In this document: piece after piece, positions 9,408 through 19,750 of the stretch
How positions within the stretch are numbered: the stretch's first letter is position 1
How the letters are laid out: every line of letters starts with the position of its first letter
IMG/VR virus record: IMGVR_UViG_3300023174_000090
Span: 1 to 64,000 of that record
Reading direction: 5' to 3' (one strand)
Length of the DNA: 64,000 nt
Source of the DNA: a virus
The notes under the pieces: model-generated
Databases searched by the model: none
Seen by the model: only the letters and a program-made list of their open reading frames with translations
Told to the model about the DNA's origin: nothing
Translations under genes and position numbers: made by a program

Positions 9408-9996
9408 ATTTTTTAGGACCAGTAAAATATCTCTTCTCAATAGCGGGAGACGCTGGTATTGAAGCGTGTTTACCAGTTAGTTTATTGTCAACTGGATTAT
9501 TCCCCAATCCTTTAAAAGCATTTTGATCAACTGGAGTCGGTTTGCCTTGAGTGTAATCGGGGTAATTCTCGTATTTATTAGGAACTCCTTGTACAGGAGG
9601 TAAGTTTACTCCGAAGTCTAAGACTTCAATTAAATTAAAATCCCCCGGAACTTGAAACTCATTCCACTCTGTAGGGGTCTGTAGCGTTCTAGGATCCGGT
9701 TTTAATGTTAATATAATGCTCATACCGCCAGACAGGTCATTTGCATCTTTTGCGCTGGCATTGGTGCTATTAGAGGCTATGTCGTGAATGAAAAAGAAAG
9801 AATCGGGGTTTTGCTCAATACATCCTCGTAGCCAGCCATCGAATGGTGTATTTTTTTGATAATGAGTTGTATAGAAATCTGACTTGAAAAATTCCGGTCT
9901 TAATCTAACGGGAGTGTTTGTTCGGAATCCTCCGTTAGAATGATGTGTAAATGCCTTTTCGCATAAGGTTTCGAATTTATTGAATTTTTTAATCAT
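9394..9996 (-). CDS. Hypothetical late protein
   Basis: 200-aa ORF, TAAATA upstream, divergent from gp25. Confidence 0.6.
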   Translation of the reverse strand: MIKKFNKFETLCEKAFTHHSNGGFRTNTPVRLRPEFFKSDFYTTHYQKNTPFDGWLRGCIEQNPDSFFFIHDIASNSTNASAKDANDLSGGMSIILTLKPDPRTLQTPTEWNEFQVPGDFNLIEVLDFGVNLPPVQGVPNKYENYPDYTQGKPTPVDQNAFKGLGNNPVDNKLTGKHASIPASPAIEKRYFTGPKKSKKR

Positions 9997-10031
9997 ATAT
10001 ATTGAATATTTACCATAAATATTTACATTAC

Positions 10032-10538
10032 ATGGCTAATATTTATATAGATAATATTATAAAACCTAGAGAAGTAAATTCCAATAAAACACTTCCAGAG
10101 ACGGAAACAAAACCAAATCAATTTGTTTATACAGATCTTCATTTGGATCTTGTGTTTGAGAAAAATGTTGGAAATGGATTAAATGCTGTAGATGGAAATG
10201 ATATTGTGGCTGATTACGATTCAAATGCGATCAGAAATTCTTTATATAACATATTCACCACAAAACAAGGACAGAAATTATATAATCCCAACTTCGGATC
10301 TTCTTTGGATCAATTTTTATTTGAATCTATTACAGAATTTAAAGCTAAAGTATTGGGAGATAGAATATTAAAATCTATACAAGAATATGAACCAAGAGTT
10401 CGTGTAGAATCGATAGATGTTATGCCTATGTATGATGAAAATCAATATTATGTATTTTTTAAGTATAAAATATTAAATATTGGTAGATTGGAAAATTTTC
10501 AAATAAATTTTGAAGCAAATAATATAAACATTGTATGA
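10032..10538 (+). CDS. gp25: Baseplate wedge subunit, gp25/GPW-like
   Basis: YTDLHLD...DSNAIRNSLYNIFTTKQGQKLYNPNFGSSL..FLFE...IQEYEPRV; ATG 10032 follows TAAATA. Confidence 0.9.
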   Translation: MANIYIDNIIKPREVNSNKTLPETETKPNQFVYTDLHLDLVFEKNVGNGLNAVDGNDIVADYDSNAIRNSLYNIFTTKQGQKLYNPNFGSSLDQFLFESITEFKAKVLGDRILKSIQEYEPRVRVESIDVMPMYDENQYYVFFKYKILNIGRLENFQINFEANNINIV

Positions 10539-12337
10539 GTGATATCGTTCCTTTTAATAAAAATTCTTATGTTGCGTTTGATGGATTGAGCATCAGAGAC
10601 ATTATAATAAACAGATTAAATCAATCTAAAATATTTACAGATCAAAATTATCAAGGATCTAATATGTCAGGTTTGATAGATATTGTAAGTTATACTTTTA
10701 ATACTTTATTGTATTATTTAAACAAAACATCTTCAGAGAGTATGTTTTCAGAATCACAGATTTATGAAAACATGAATAGAATTGTTAAATTAATAGACTA
10801 TAAACCGATAGGAAGATTGGGACAGAATGTTCCATTTGGATTAATTGGAACTGATCAACTTGCAATTGGAAATTATTTTATTCCGAGATATAGTTATGTA
10901 AACGTTGGTGGTACTCGATTTTCGTTAAGCAAGGACATTGGATTTTCCAAACTGGGATCAGCGCAATCTACTATATCTGACATAAACAATAACTATCTAT
11001 TATATCAAGGCGGTTTTCAAGAATACCCCCTTTATGTTGCTGCTGGAATAGACAATGAAGTCATTTATATTGCACTAGATGATACGATTAAAATAGATCA
11101 TTTTAATATATTTGTATATGTTAAACCAAAAAATGCTACAAAATGGCAAGAATGGCAAAATGTTCATGATACATTTTCTTATAAATCTTCTGATACAGTA
11201 TATACCACAAGATTTAATGAAAATTTACGATATGAAATACAGTTTGGAGATAATATAAATGGTAAAAAAGTAGAAGAGGGTGATCAAGTAGCTATCTACT
11301 ATTTACAAATAAATTCAGATGCTGCTGGACTTGCTCCTAATTCATTAAATGGATTAAAATTTGTATCATATAATACTAATAGATTTAATCAAATATTACA
11401 AGATACTGTTTTTAACATAGATGAAAAATTATCTATAAATCAATTATCAAATATATTACTTTATAATGATTATCCATCAAACTCATATTCCGATTATGAA
11501 AATGTCGATTCTATACGACAGAATGCTCCTAAGTTGTTTAAGTCACAAAATAGATTGATAACAATATCGGATTACGAATCTTTTATAGAATCTAATTTTT
11601 ATAATATAATTTCAGATGCTAATGTTGTTAGTAATGAAGATTATATGTCTGGTCACATAAAGTATTTGTTGGAAATTGGTTTAAACAATCCTCAAATTCA
11701 AAATCAAATTTTATTTAATCAAATTAAATTTGCCAATAGTTGTAATTTTAACAACATATATGTATATTCTGTTCCTAAAAATGAATTACAAGATTTCTTA
11801 TCTCCTCCTCAAAAAGAATTAATAAGAAATGGTTTAGAACCTTTAAAAACTATAACTTCTAATATAGTAATATCCGATCCGGTTTATATGTATTTAGATT
11901 TTTATGTAAAAGATGTTAATACTCCGATTTCAGTAAATGATATATCAAATTGTAAATTGCGATTAACAAAATCTAAAAATAGTAGACGCGCATCTTCTTC
12001 TATAATATCTGATGTTAAGTCTATACTTTTAAATAATTTTAACCACAAAACAAACAAATTAGGTCAAATTATAGATTTATATAAAATAACATCTGATATA
12101 TTGAATATTGACGGAATAGAAAGCATTCAAACATATAGAACAGATACTAAAAATTCCGTTAATGGATTATCGCTTTTAATATGGAATGAATTATATCCGG
12201 AGAATGATGCGAGCGTATACACTCAAAATGTTCAACTGAAATTTTTTCAATATCCAGTATTCAATCAAATTGAAAATATAATTTCAAGAATAGAAGTTGT
12301 TGATAACATCAATTCTACTAAATCAATAGATATATAA
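10535..12337 (+). CDS. gp6: Baseplate wedge subunit, T4 gp6-like
   Basis: FTDQNYQGSNMSGLIDIVSY...ESMFSESQ.YEN; YEIQFGD..NGK; ENVDSIRQNAP..FKSQNRLITISDYE; follows gp25. Confidence 0.88.
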   Translation: MSDIVPFNKNSYVAFDGLSIRDIIINRLNQSKIFTDQNYQGSNMSGLIDIVSYTFNTLLYYLNKTSSESMFSESQIYENMNRIVKLIDYKPIGRLGQNVPFGLIGTDQLAIGNYFIPRYSYVNVGGTRFSLSKDIGFSKLGSAQSTISDINNNYLLYQGGFQEYPLYVAAGIDNEVIYIALDDTIKIDHFNIFVYVKPKNATKWQEWQNVHDTFSYKSSDTVYTTRFNENLRYEIQFGDNINGKKVEEGDQVAIYYLQINSDAAGLAPNSLNGLKFVSYNTNRFNQILQDTVFNIDEKLSINQLSNILLYNDYPSNSYSDYENVDSIRQNAPKLFKSQNRLITISDYESFIESNFYNIISDANVVSNEDYMSGHIKYLLEIGLNNPQIQNQILFNQIKFANSCNFNNIYVYSVPKNELQDFLSPPQKELIRNGLEPLKTITSNIVISDPVYMYLDFYVKDVNTPISVNDISNCKLRLTKSKNSRRASSSIISDVKSILLNNFNHKTNKLGQIIDLYKITSDILNIDGIESIQTYRTDTKNSVNGLSLLIWNELYPENDASVYTQNVQLKFFQYPVFNQIENIISRIEVVDNINSTKSIDI

Positions 12338-12338
12338 A

Positions 12339-15300
12339 ATGGCGAAACCATACATAGCACCAAATCAAGTATTCAATTTAAATTTTGGAGAATATTTTTC
12401 TAATATTTTAAATTTCACGGGAACCTCACCGATAACATTTTCGGCTGTTGGGTTGCCGAGTGGTTTGGCCTTAAACACTTCTACTGGTGAATTGGTTGGA
12501 ACTCCTGTAGAGTCTGGTGTTGTATCTTCTTATATCATAGCAACAAATTCTGAAGGATCTTATGCTTCTGTTATAAAATTTAACATTAAAAAAATACCAG
12601 ATTCCAATGTATATTTTAATATTTCTCCTGTTGTTGGATATGCTAAAAATACAAAATATCAATTTACAACAAATGTGATCGAATCCTTATCTGCATATAG
12701 TGTTTTATGGGGGTTTGGAGACGGTTCTGTGTCTGATGAGATAAACCCCAAGCACACATACAATGTATCTGGTAATTATATAGTATCCTTAAATGCGTAC
12801 ACCAATACCGGAGTTGTTTTATTATCATCACAGTTAAGTGTTGGTCTATTATTAAACGAATCTGTATATTTTGATTATGTCCCCCCTCCTACCTTTGCTG
12901 GTCATTACAATAGATATCCATTCAAGTTAAATTTCACGTCTTCGGAGGAAGGTCCACATGTCATTGACTTAGCGGCACAGTATTCTAGATCATATCAATA
13001 TCAGTCTCCGAGAAATAAATGGTCTTTTCTCAGACCGGAGTGGAGATTTTTAGATTTAAATGGAAATCCAATTACAAGTATAATTCCAAATGAAACAAAA
13101 ATATATTGTAATGATTTAGGTAAATTAAATACAGATGGTTCTGGATTTGTCGCAGGAGTTACTGGAAGTGCCGAATTTTATTTTGTGGATGATATTCATA
13201 ATTTCGATTTAGCATTCGAGGGAGGTGCGTATACTACAGTAATAGCAACCCTACAAACAAGTGCGGTGCGCTCTTTTAACGATAGTTTTAATATTAGTGA
13301 TGACCTTCCTAGTTTTTCTAATAGTTTAGCAACTGTTTCTGTTCCATATATGGTTTTATTAAGACCACCGGATAATGTAAAAATAACAGAAAATGGAATT
13401 AGAGAATATATAAATCCTAGATGGAAAGAATCGATACAACCAATTGTAATAAATACTAATTTTGAAAACCCATTTCCAGAACCTTACTATTGGCAAGATT
13501 TTTCCAAAGAAATTAGCATTTATAATGAAAATAAGTCATTTTCGCATTCATTTCCACTAAGCGGTGACATGTCTTTAAATGTAGGTGTTTTAAATTTGAG
13601 TTCAACATTTACGCCGTCTGATGTGAAATTTTCTTGGCTAAATGAAGATGGATACAAATCCCCCGGATACTACAAGGGGTATTTTAAAACAAATCCTCCA
13701 TATTCATTCAAGACTCCTGTGACCTCAACTGTATCAGCACCGCTTCCAAATCTTTCGTCTCAGTATTTCAACCCAATAATTTGGGTGTCTAATCCAAATG
13801 CTGGAATGATGTGCAATTTTCAATATATAAATAACCCAGCACTGTCTGCGGCCATGAACACTCCTAACATGAACATAGCTGTCATAAAAAACTTTGAAAT
13901 GCCAGTAATAACTGAAGTAGATTTTCAAAAAGATCCGATGGCATTATCAGGATTTCATGGAATATATAGCATTGCTGCCACTACGTATCCAGCATATCAT
14001 GCATGGGCATTGGATTCTGAAATGAATAGTTTATATCGACTAACAACAAATGGAAATATATTGTGTTCCATAGATATAAATAAAATTATTTCGGATAATA
14101 ATTTAGGATTTTTAAGTGAAGATCAAACGTCTCCTGTTTCTATGGTTCTGGATAGTAAGCAAAATATATGGATAACATTGTATGATACAATATCTACAAT
14201 AAAATTAGATAGATTTGGAAATTTCTTATTTGCTACCACTCCTCTATCCAGTACTGGATATGTTTTTCCTCCTGCTCCAAATATAGATGGAAATTGGTAT
14301 GAGCAAAATACTTATTTTGATTCCGACAATTTTGCTGAATATGATTCTAATGCTTTAAATAATATAGATTTAAATTTTATAGAACCTACATGTGTCGATT
14401 CAGATTCGAATGATAATATATGGGTAACATATTCATATTTTGCTAGTGGATATATAGTAAAATATGATAAAGATGGAGCATTGTTAAATACAATTTCATA
14501 TCCCGTATGTTCTTGTCCACAACAAATTGTAGTGGATAATCAAGATAATGTTTGGATAGCACTTTCTAATAATCTCAATCCTTCTCACGAATGTATTTTA
14601 GAGAAAAGAAATTCAAATGGAGTTTTATTAAGTTCTGTAGGCGATATAAGAGGATTGAATTATTTAACATTAGATACACATCAAAATCCTTGGTTTACCT
14701 TCAGTTATAGTTGGATAGGTTCCGTTGATAATAATAACGGAACTGTATTTACTACAAATCTTTCCGGATCTAATTACACCTCAAACCCTCCCGATTGGTT
14801 TGATCCAGATAGTAATATAGATGAGACATGTTTGGAAGGAATTGGATGCGATTTAAGAGGTAGAATATATGTTGTGAATTCTCTTGAAAATCAAATTTAT
14901 ATATTAGATTCTTATACAAAAACGTTTTTGGACAAATTTTATGTAAACCCACAAGGATTTACATTTACAATAGACAATCAAGAGGGAGAAAACGGAATGA
15001 TTGCTTCTCTTTGGCAAAAGTCTCTTCAAGCGTCTGGAGATTGGACTGGATTGCGATGGATGAACAAATATGGAGTATCGGATCTTCCGTTTTTTACTAA
15101 TAATAGTTACGTTCATTCTATAAGCGGAACAACAAAACAATTACACTTTGCCGAACATGAAGATTATACTTCCTTTAAAATTAATGAAAATTTCGATTTG
15201 GCTGCAAATATGCAATCATATGCTTTCATACCATCTCTACGAGAGAGTACATTTCTATTTGAGGATTTCTTAGGCTCAATATACGGAAAATACCCATTTA

Positions 15301-15935
15301 ATAGAGATGATTTGGGAGTTTCTGTGTATGAAAAGATAGCAAATTTTGTTTCCAATCATTCTGATGTAGATTATTGTAATATAGATCAATTATATAACGT
15401 TATGAGTGAATTGGGGCTTGATGTTGATAAATTCGATTTAAATTATCCAGAAGAAATACAAAGATTAGTAAATCTTGCTAGTATAAATCAATCTAGATTA
15501 TTTGGAGCCAAATCTTTAAATGAAAATTATTTTACAAAAGTAAATAATCAAGATCAAACTAATAGGGGAGATTTGATAACTAGTTTTTGTTATACGGTAT
15601 CAGCTGGGCAAAAATTTGTGTTAAAAGACAAAACCATAAACAAATATGATTTGATTGAAACCTCGGAAATAAACGGATGTTCTGCATATTCCTTATCGGT
15701 TTTAGCTGAATTTTTAGGATTTAATTCATATGATTGGTCTTCTTACTATGAATTTTATGAATTTAATAATTCATATGACCTTAAACAATTAGAGGGTATA
15801 ATCGATTGGTCTAATCCGCAAACAACAATAAACGAAACATTATCAAGTTCTAAATATTGGTTTGGACCCGAAGGTCTTTTGGATTTAGAATTTTCGTATG
15901 AAATATATAAAGGATTAGGTTTTATTAACAAGTGA
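12339..15935 (+). CDS. Large baseplate/virion protein (gp7-position) with Ig, PKD and beta-propeller domains
   Basis: GLPSGLALNTSTGELVGTP (putative Ig), LWGFGDGS...NPKHTY..SGNY.VSL (PKD), repeated D.+.NIW blades, C-terminal IANFVSNHSDVDYCNIDQL wedge-like segment; follows gp6. Confidence 0.7.
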   Translation: MAKPYIAPNQVFNLNFGEYFSNILNFTGTSPITFSAVGLPSGLALNTSTGELVGTPVESGVVSSYIIATNSEGSYASVIKFNIKKIPDSNVYFNISPVVGYAKNTKYQFTTNVIESLSAYSVLWGFGDGSVSDEINPKHTYNVSGNYIVSLNAYTNTGVVLLSSQLSVGLLLNESVYFDYVPPPTFAGHYNRYPFKLNFTSSEEGPHVIDLAAQYSRSYQYQSPRNKWSFLRPEWRFLDLNGNPITSIIPNETKIYCNDLGKLNTDGSGFVAGVTGSAEFYFVDDIHNFDLAFEGGAYTTVIATLQTSAVRSFNDSFNISDDLPSFSNSLATVSVPYMVLLRPPDNVKITENGIREYINPRWKESIQPIVINTNFENPFPEPYYWQDFSKEISIYNENKSFSHSFPLSGDMSLNVGVLNLSSTFTPSDVKFSWLNEDGYKSPGYYKGYFKTNPPYSFKTPVTSTVSAPLPNLSSQYFNPIIWVSNPNAGMMCNFQYINNPALSAAMNTPNMNIAVIKNFEMPVITEVDFQKDPMALSGFHGIYSIAATTYPAYHAWALDSEMNSLYRLTTNGNILCSIDINKIISDNNLGFLSEDQTSPVSMVLDSKQNIWITLYDTISTIKLDRFGNFLFATTPLSSTGYVFPPAPNIDGNWYEQNTYFDSDNFAEYDSNALNNIDLNFIEPTCVDSDSNDNIWVTYSYFASGYIVKYDKDGALLNTISYPVCSCPQQIVVDNQDNVWIALSNNLNPSHECILEKRNSNGVLLSSVGDIRGLNYLTLDTHQNPWFTFSYSWIGSVDNNNGTVFTTNLSGSNYTSNPPDWFDPDSNIDETCLEGIGCDLRGRIYVVNSLENQIYILDSYTKTFLDKFYVNPQGFTFTIDNQEGENGMIASLWQKSLQASGDWTGLRWMNKYGVSDLPFFTNNSYVHSISGTTKQLHFAEHEDYTSFKINENFDLAANMQSYAFIPSLRESTFLFEDFLGSIYGKYPFNRDDLGVSVYEKIANFVSNHSDVDYCNIDQLYNVMSELGLDVDKFDLNYPEEIQRLVNLASINQSRLFGAKSLNENYFTKVNNQDQTNRGDLITSFCYTVSAGQKFVLKDKTINKYDLIETSEINGCSAYSLSVLAEFLGFNSYDWSSYYEFYEFNNSYDLKQLEGIIDWSNPQTTINETLSSSKYWFGPEGLLDLEFSYEIYKGLGFINK

Positions 15936-16379
15936 TAATAAATAATTAGCGTTGTTAAATGTTGATAGTATCTCCTCTACTGTATTGTTTACTCCAGATC
16001 GATTTTCTGATATAAATGATTTAAATTCTGATGATGTCAATATGCCAGATAATTCTAAGTATACAGAATTATATATTTCAAATAAATTAGTAGAGCAGAA
16101 AATATCGGAGTCGGTTACTGATAAAAACCCATTTATATTAAATTTTGGAAATAAAGTATTTTCATTTATTTTAGAAATTCCTATAATTTCTTCTTGTAAA
16201 GAATCCGTTAAATCGTTTAATTTATCATACAATTTTCCAAAAATTCTATGAGAATTGTAATCATCTATATACCAGTGAATCATTTTTAATAAAGTTAATG
16301 TTTTCATTAAAATTAATCCAAATTCTTTAGAATTATCAAAAGAATTTTCAACTTTTTGTGTTATTATTTGTATTTCCAT
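15915..16379 (-). CDS. Ferritin/Dps-like four-helix protein (DUF5856-like)
   Basis: LKMIHW....NSHRIFGKLYDKLNDLTDSLQEEIIG ... NTVEEILSTFNNANYLL. Confidence 0.6.
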   Translation of the reverse strand: MEIQIITQKVENSFDNSKEFGLILMKTLTLLKMIHWYIDDYNSHRIFGKLYDKLNDLTDSLQEEIIGISKINENTLFPKFNINGFLSVTDSDIFCSTNLFEIYNSVYLELSGILTSSEFKSFISENRSGVNNTVEEILSTFNNANYLLSLVNKT

Positions 16380-16791
16380 TTTTATATATCTCCGTTTTTA
16401 TTAAAAAATCACCTATTATTGTTTCGCTCGAACTCATCAAAATATAATTCGGGGTGTGATACTCTTCTTGCTCAGGGTCTTCTTCTTTTATATCTATTTT
16501 AGAAGAAGATAATCCCTTTCCATCTCTCGTTAAGGTAACTTCATGACCGAGTTCTTCTAATTCTAATTTTAAAGATAGAATATAATCTTCTTCTGATTTG
16601 AAAAATAATTTCCACAGTGGAAGTGGAAATATAATATTTAAAGCATCTCTTCTTTGTGTACATTTATTGCAGGGTGTTTTAGATTTGATTATTAGATATG
16701 TTATCCATCCTAATAATTTAGAATGTAAAATACATGCAATTAAATCTCCTAATCCCCTTGTGTATTTTATTTTTAAGTATGGATCTTTCAT
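16348..16791 (-). CDS. Hypothetical phage protein with GLGD...CxxC..RR..LN motif
   Basis: RGLGDLIACILH...PCNKCTQRRDALNIIFP. Confidence 0.6.
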   Translation of the reverse strand: MKDPYLKIKYTRGLGDLIACILHSKLLGWITYLIIKSKTPCNKCTQRRDALNIIFPLPLWKLFFKSEEDYILSLKLELEELGHEVTLTRDGKGLSSSKIDIKEEDPEQEEYHTPNYILMSSSETIIGDFLIKTEIYKNGNTNNNTKS

Positions 16792-17189
16792 TTTAAATTT
16801 TTATGATATGCTTTATAGTAATTAATCCTATTTTTAGTTTTTTCTATAGCATTTAATATAGATTGTGACATGTCTACAAAATCATCATCTGCTAAAGAAT
16901 CGTTATTTTCTAATATTTTGTTTATTTGTTGTATTATGTTTAATATCTGTATATCTATAGGGTATTTTGCTTGTATGTAATTTTTTAAATCATTTTCCAA
17001 TTCTATTTCTTTTTCTGGATATCCAACATTAAATCTTATCATACCTCCAGTATCATAACTTCCTTCCCATTTCCAAAGAGACAAATCTGATTTGTCTGGA
17101 GGTGTTTCTATGGTTAATATTTGATTAGATGGAGGTATATCTTCACTATAACCTATAAATTCTTTATCTTTATTAAATAATACAAACAT
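16788..17189 (-). CDS. Hypothetical protein (possible fibre assembly chaperone)
   Basis: 133 aa, directly downstream of the gp38-like adhesin, YPIDIQ.NI motif; function inferred from context. Confidence 0.45.
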   Translation of the reverse strand: MFVLFNKDKEFIGYSEDIPPSNQILTIETPPDKSDLSLWKWEGSYDTGGMIRFNVGYPEKEIELENDLKNYIQAKYPIDIQILNIIQQINKILENNDSLADDDFVDMSQSILNAIEKTKNRINYYKAYHKNLK

Positions 17190-18799
17190 TATACAACTCC
17201 CGGACCTAATATTATACCATACTTTGTAACGGTTCCATATGATGAAATATATTGAGCATTTAAATTTGTTGTGAGAGAAAGTATAAAAGTTTTACCATTT
17301 ATCGACAATCCAGAATTTCCGCCGAATGGTGGAAGTTGTCTATTTTTATTATCTAGTTTACCACTATCGACTCCTTTTTGCCCTAAAGAGCCTCCTGCTC
17401 CTCCCGTTGCACTATTTAAACTGCTAATACCAGAACCTCCTTTACCTCCACCCTGTCCCCCACCTAAATTATTAGATGTGAATGTGCCATCTCTGCCAAC
17501 GTCTCCTCTGTATGATTTAAATACATAATTTTTAGTAGGATCTAATGGTTGAGTATTGCCTAATCCTCCTTCTCCTCCCATTCCCCCAATAATTCCAGCA
17601 CCTCCACCGCCACCGCCACCGCCGAATATGTTTTCTACGTTGAGATTTGATGTTGGAAGTAGTTTTAAGTACGAAGTATCAGAAAAGTCTGCTAATCCGC
17701 CACCGCCACCACCACCGCCACCCGCTATTACGTTGTTATTTACTATGGTAACTGGATAGTTTAAAAATATAGCATCTCCTCCGTTTTCTCCGTTGTTATC
17801 AGCTGTTAATGCTTTTCCTAAATCTTGTCCATTTCCCCCGTTTCCTCCGTAACCAACTATAAATCCATTATTAACTATTTTTACAGTATCGCTGGAAGTA
17901 AACCCAGAAACAATGAATGCTGCTATATTTTTAGAGTTGCTTCCTATTTTTATATTCGCATTTATTGTTACTTCTATGTCGCTAAATCCGGGGTAATATA
18001 ATCCGGTGTTATACACATAAGAATATAAATCAAAATTTTGAGTATCTCGTTCTATTGTTATTGTTAATTTTGATCTGCCGTCAGCGTTTCCGGTTTGAGT
18101 GGAAATTCTATTTCCTTGAGATGCGATATAAGTTGGTTGATATGTTTCATCCGTAAATCCCTTTTCGATATTTAATAAGGTCCAACCATCATTGATATTT
18201 TTAAATGTAAAATTTACACCATTTCCAAATGAAATATCCTGTTTTAAAAATTTTACATACATATTTCTAACTGAATATGATATTTCAGGAGATAGGGTAT
18301 ATGTGATTAAATCATTAGGATCTGATGGATTTACTGGTACATTATATAAAAACATACAAACTGTTATCTCATTTCCCGTATTAAAGGAATTCGCTGGATA
18401 ATTTGCGTTTAAATATTTTTTAGCTAATGTTTGTAATTTTAAATCTGGTTGATTTACAGTGGGGCAGTTTATTGATAAATCATTTAAAATAGAAATATTT
18501 ATAGGATATAAAACAGTGAATTTATTTTTATTCCAAAAAGAACTTAATAAATTTACAGTGGTATATCCTAAATTATATCTATCAACATTATAAAAATATT
18601 TTACAGTATCATTAAAATACTGTAAATTTGAATTTAATTCATTAAATTTTGTAAAAAAATTGTCATTTGATAAAAAATATTGACTGGATACATTACATAC
18701 TTCGGTGTCCAATGATAATAAATTAAAATTGTGCTTAGATGGCGAATCCCCTACACAATCAGATTCGAATATTTCTTGTGTTAATAATCTAGGTGTCAT
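17189..18799 (-). CDS. Fibre protein with C-terminal gp38-like glycine-rich adhesin
   Basis: IVNNGFIVGYGGNGGNG...GENGGDAI...IVNNNVIAGGGGGGGGG...GGGGGGGGAG...GGAGGSLG matches the T-even gp38 polyglycine layout; N-terminal domain paralogous to the next two ORFs. Confidence 0.7.
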   Translation of the reverse strand: MTPRLLTQEIFESDCVGDSPSKHNFNLLSLDTEVCNVSSQYFLSNDNFFTKFNELNSNLQYFNDTVKYFYNVDRYNLGYTTVNLLSSFWNKNKFTVLYPINISILNDLSINCPTVNQPDLKLQTLAKKYLNANYPANSFNTGNEITVCMFLYNVPVNPSDPNDLITYTLSPEISYSVRNMYVKFLKQDISFGNGVNFTFKNINDGWTLLNIEKGFTDETYQPTYIASQGNRISTQTGNADGRSKLTITIERDTQNFDLYSYVYNTGLYYPGFSDIEVTINANIKIGSNSKNIAAFIVSGFTSSDTVKIVNNGFIVGYGGNGGNGQDLGKALTADNNGENGGDAIFLNYPVTIVNNNVIAGGGGGGGGGLADFSDTSYLKLLPTSNLNVENIFGGGGGGGGAGIIGGMGGEGGLGNTQPLDPTKNYVFKSYRGDVGRDGTFTSNNLGGGQGGGKGGSGISSLNSATGGAGGSLGQKGVDSGKLDNKNRQLPPFGGNSGLSINGKTFILSLTTNLNAQYISSYGTVTKYGIILGPGVV

Positions 18800-18802
18800 A
18801 TA

Positions 18803-19750
18803 TTATATATATTTGTCTAATACCCAAATACAATTTTTAACTTTAAAAAATAAAGTTGATATCTTTTCATTTTCATATCTATCTTGAAAATCCATTTCTA
18901 TATTGGCTGATATATATGCTTCCACCGTTTTACCTAATGGTTGTATAGGAAATCCCATTTTTAATGCGGGAAATGCGTTCACAGCTTTGGTTAAAGTTTT
19001 TTTTAAAAATTTTATTGTTTTACCGATTCTACTTTTAATTGGAATTTTTGTTACTACAGGTATATTACTATAGCTATTTATATTTTGTGTTAATGGAGGT
19101 GTCAGTATTTGTGATGTACTATATGGATAAGACGGGTAAGAGCACTCTAATGTCCGTGTTTGTTGACAAGAATTTGATTGTCCGTTACAATTAAAACCTC
19201 CATTCTCACAACTTACATATCCAGAATAGTAATTTGTACACGTAATTGAAACAATTTTATTTTGTGTTTGGCAAAATGTTCTGTCTCTTATAGATTGATT
19301 TTCACTTATAGAATTTCCGTACTGCCAAATGTGTGAATATACAATAATTTGTTGATTTTCTATATAATTTAAATTGTTGTCATTTGTCTGTACTGGAAAA
19401 TTTTCATTTATCCAAGAAGATAAAGTATCTATAATTGTTTCGTTATCTATAGAATATGGAAATATTGATGGATAAAAAACTGAGATAGGTTTTATCCATC
19501 CTGCGGAATTAGTTTCAACAGTAGTACATGCACTAAATACGTTACTAGAAGCTGCTTGTATTAGAGTCGAAGTTTCTTTTAAAAATGGTCCAAATGCTTT
19601 ATAATAATCTAACATTGGATTCCAATATAGATCTATATCGTTTTTAACAGCAGTTACACAATTTTCTAATCTAAGGTAATTGATATTTACAGAACTTAGA
19701 GAATCTCCTATTGTTTCGTTTTGAAATATTTCTATCATATTACACTCCAA
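18803..19750 (-). CDS. Virion protein, paralog family with Cys-rich insert
   Basis: ETIGDSLSSVNINY..LE; WIKPISVFYP; W.NENFP; Cys-rich segment; FKVKNCIW. Confidence 0.6.
   Translation of the reverse strand: MECNMIEIFQNETIGDSLSSVNINYLRLENCVTAVKNDIDLYWNPMLDYYKAFGPFLKETSTLIQAASSNVFSACTTVETNSAGWIKPISVFYPSIFPYSIDNETIIDTLSSWINENFPVQTNDNNLNYIENQQIIVYSHIWQYGNSISENQSIRDRTFCQTQNKIVSITCTNYYSGYVSCENGGFNCNGQSNSCQQTRTLECSYPSYPYSTSQILTPPLTQNINSYSNIPVVTKIPIKSRIGKTIKFLKKTLTKAVNAFPALKMGFPIQPLGKTVEAYISANIEMDFQDRYENEKISTLFFKVKNCIWVLDKYI

Noticed and set aside
17271-17759. Poly-proline ORFs on the + strand
   Set aside because: Antisense shadow of the poly-glycine tracts in the gp38-like adhesin.
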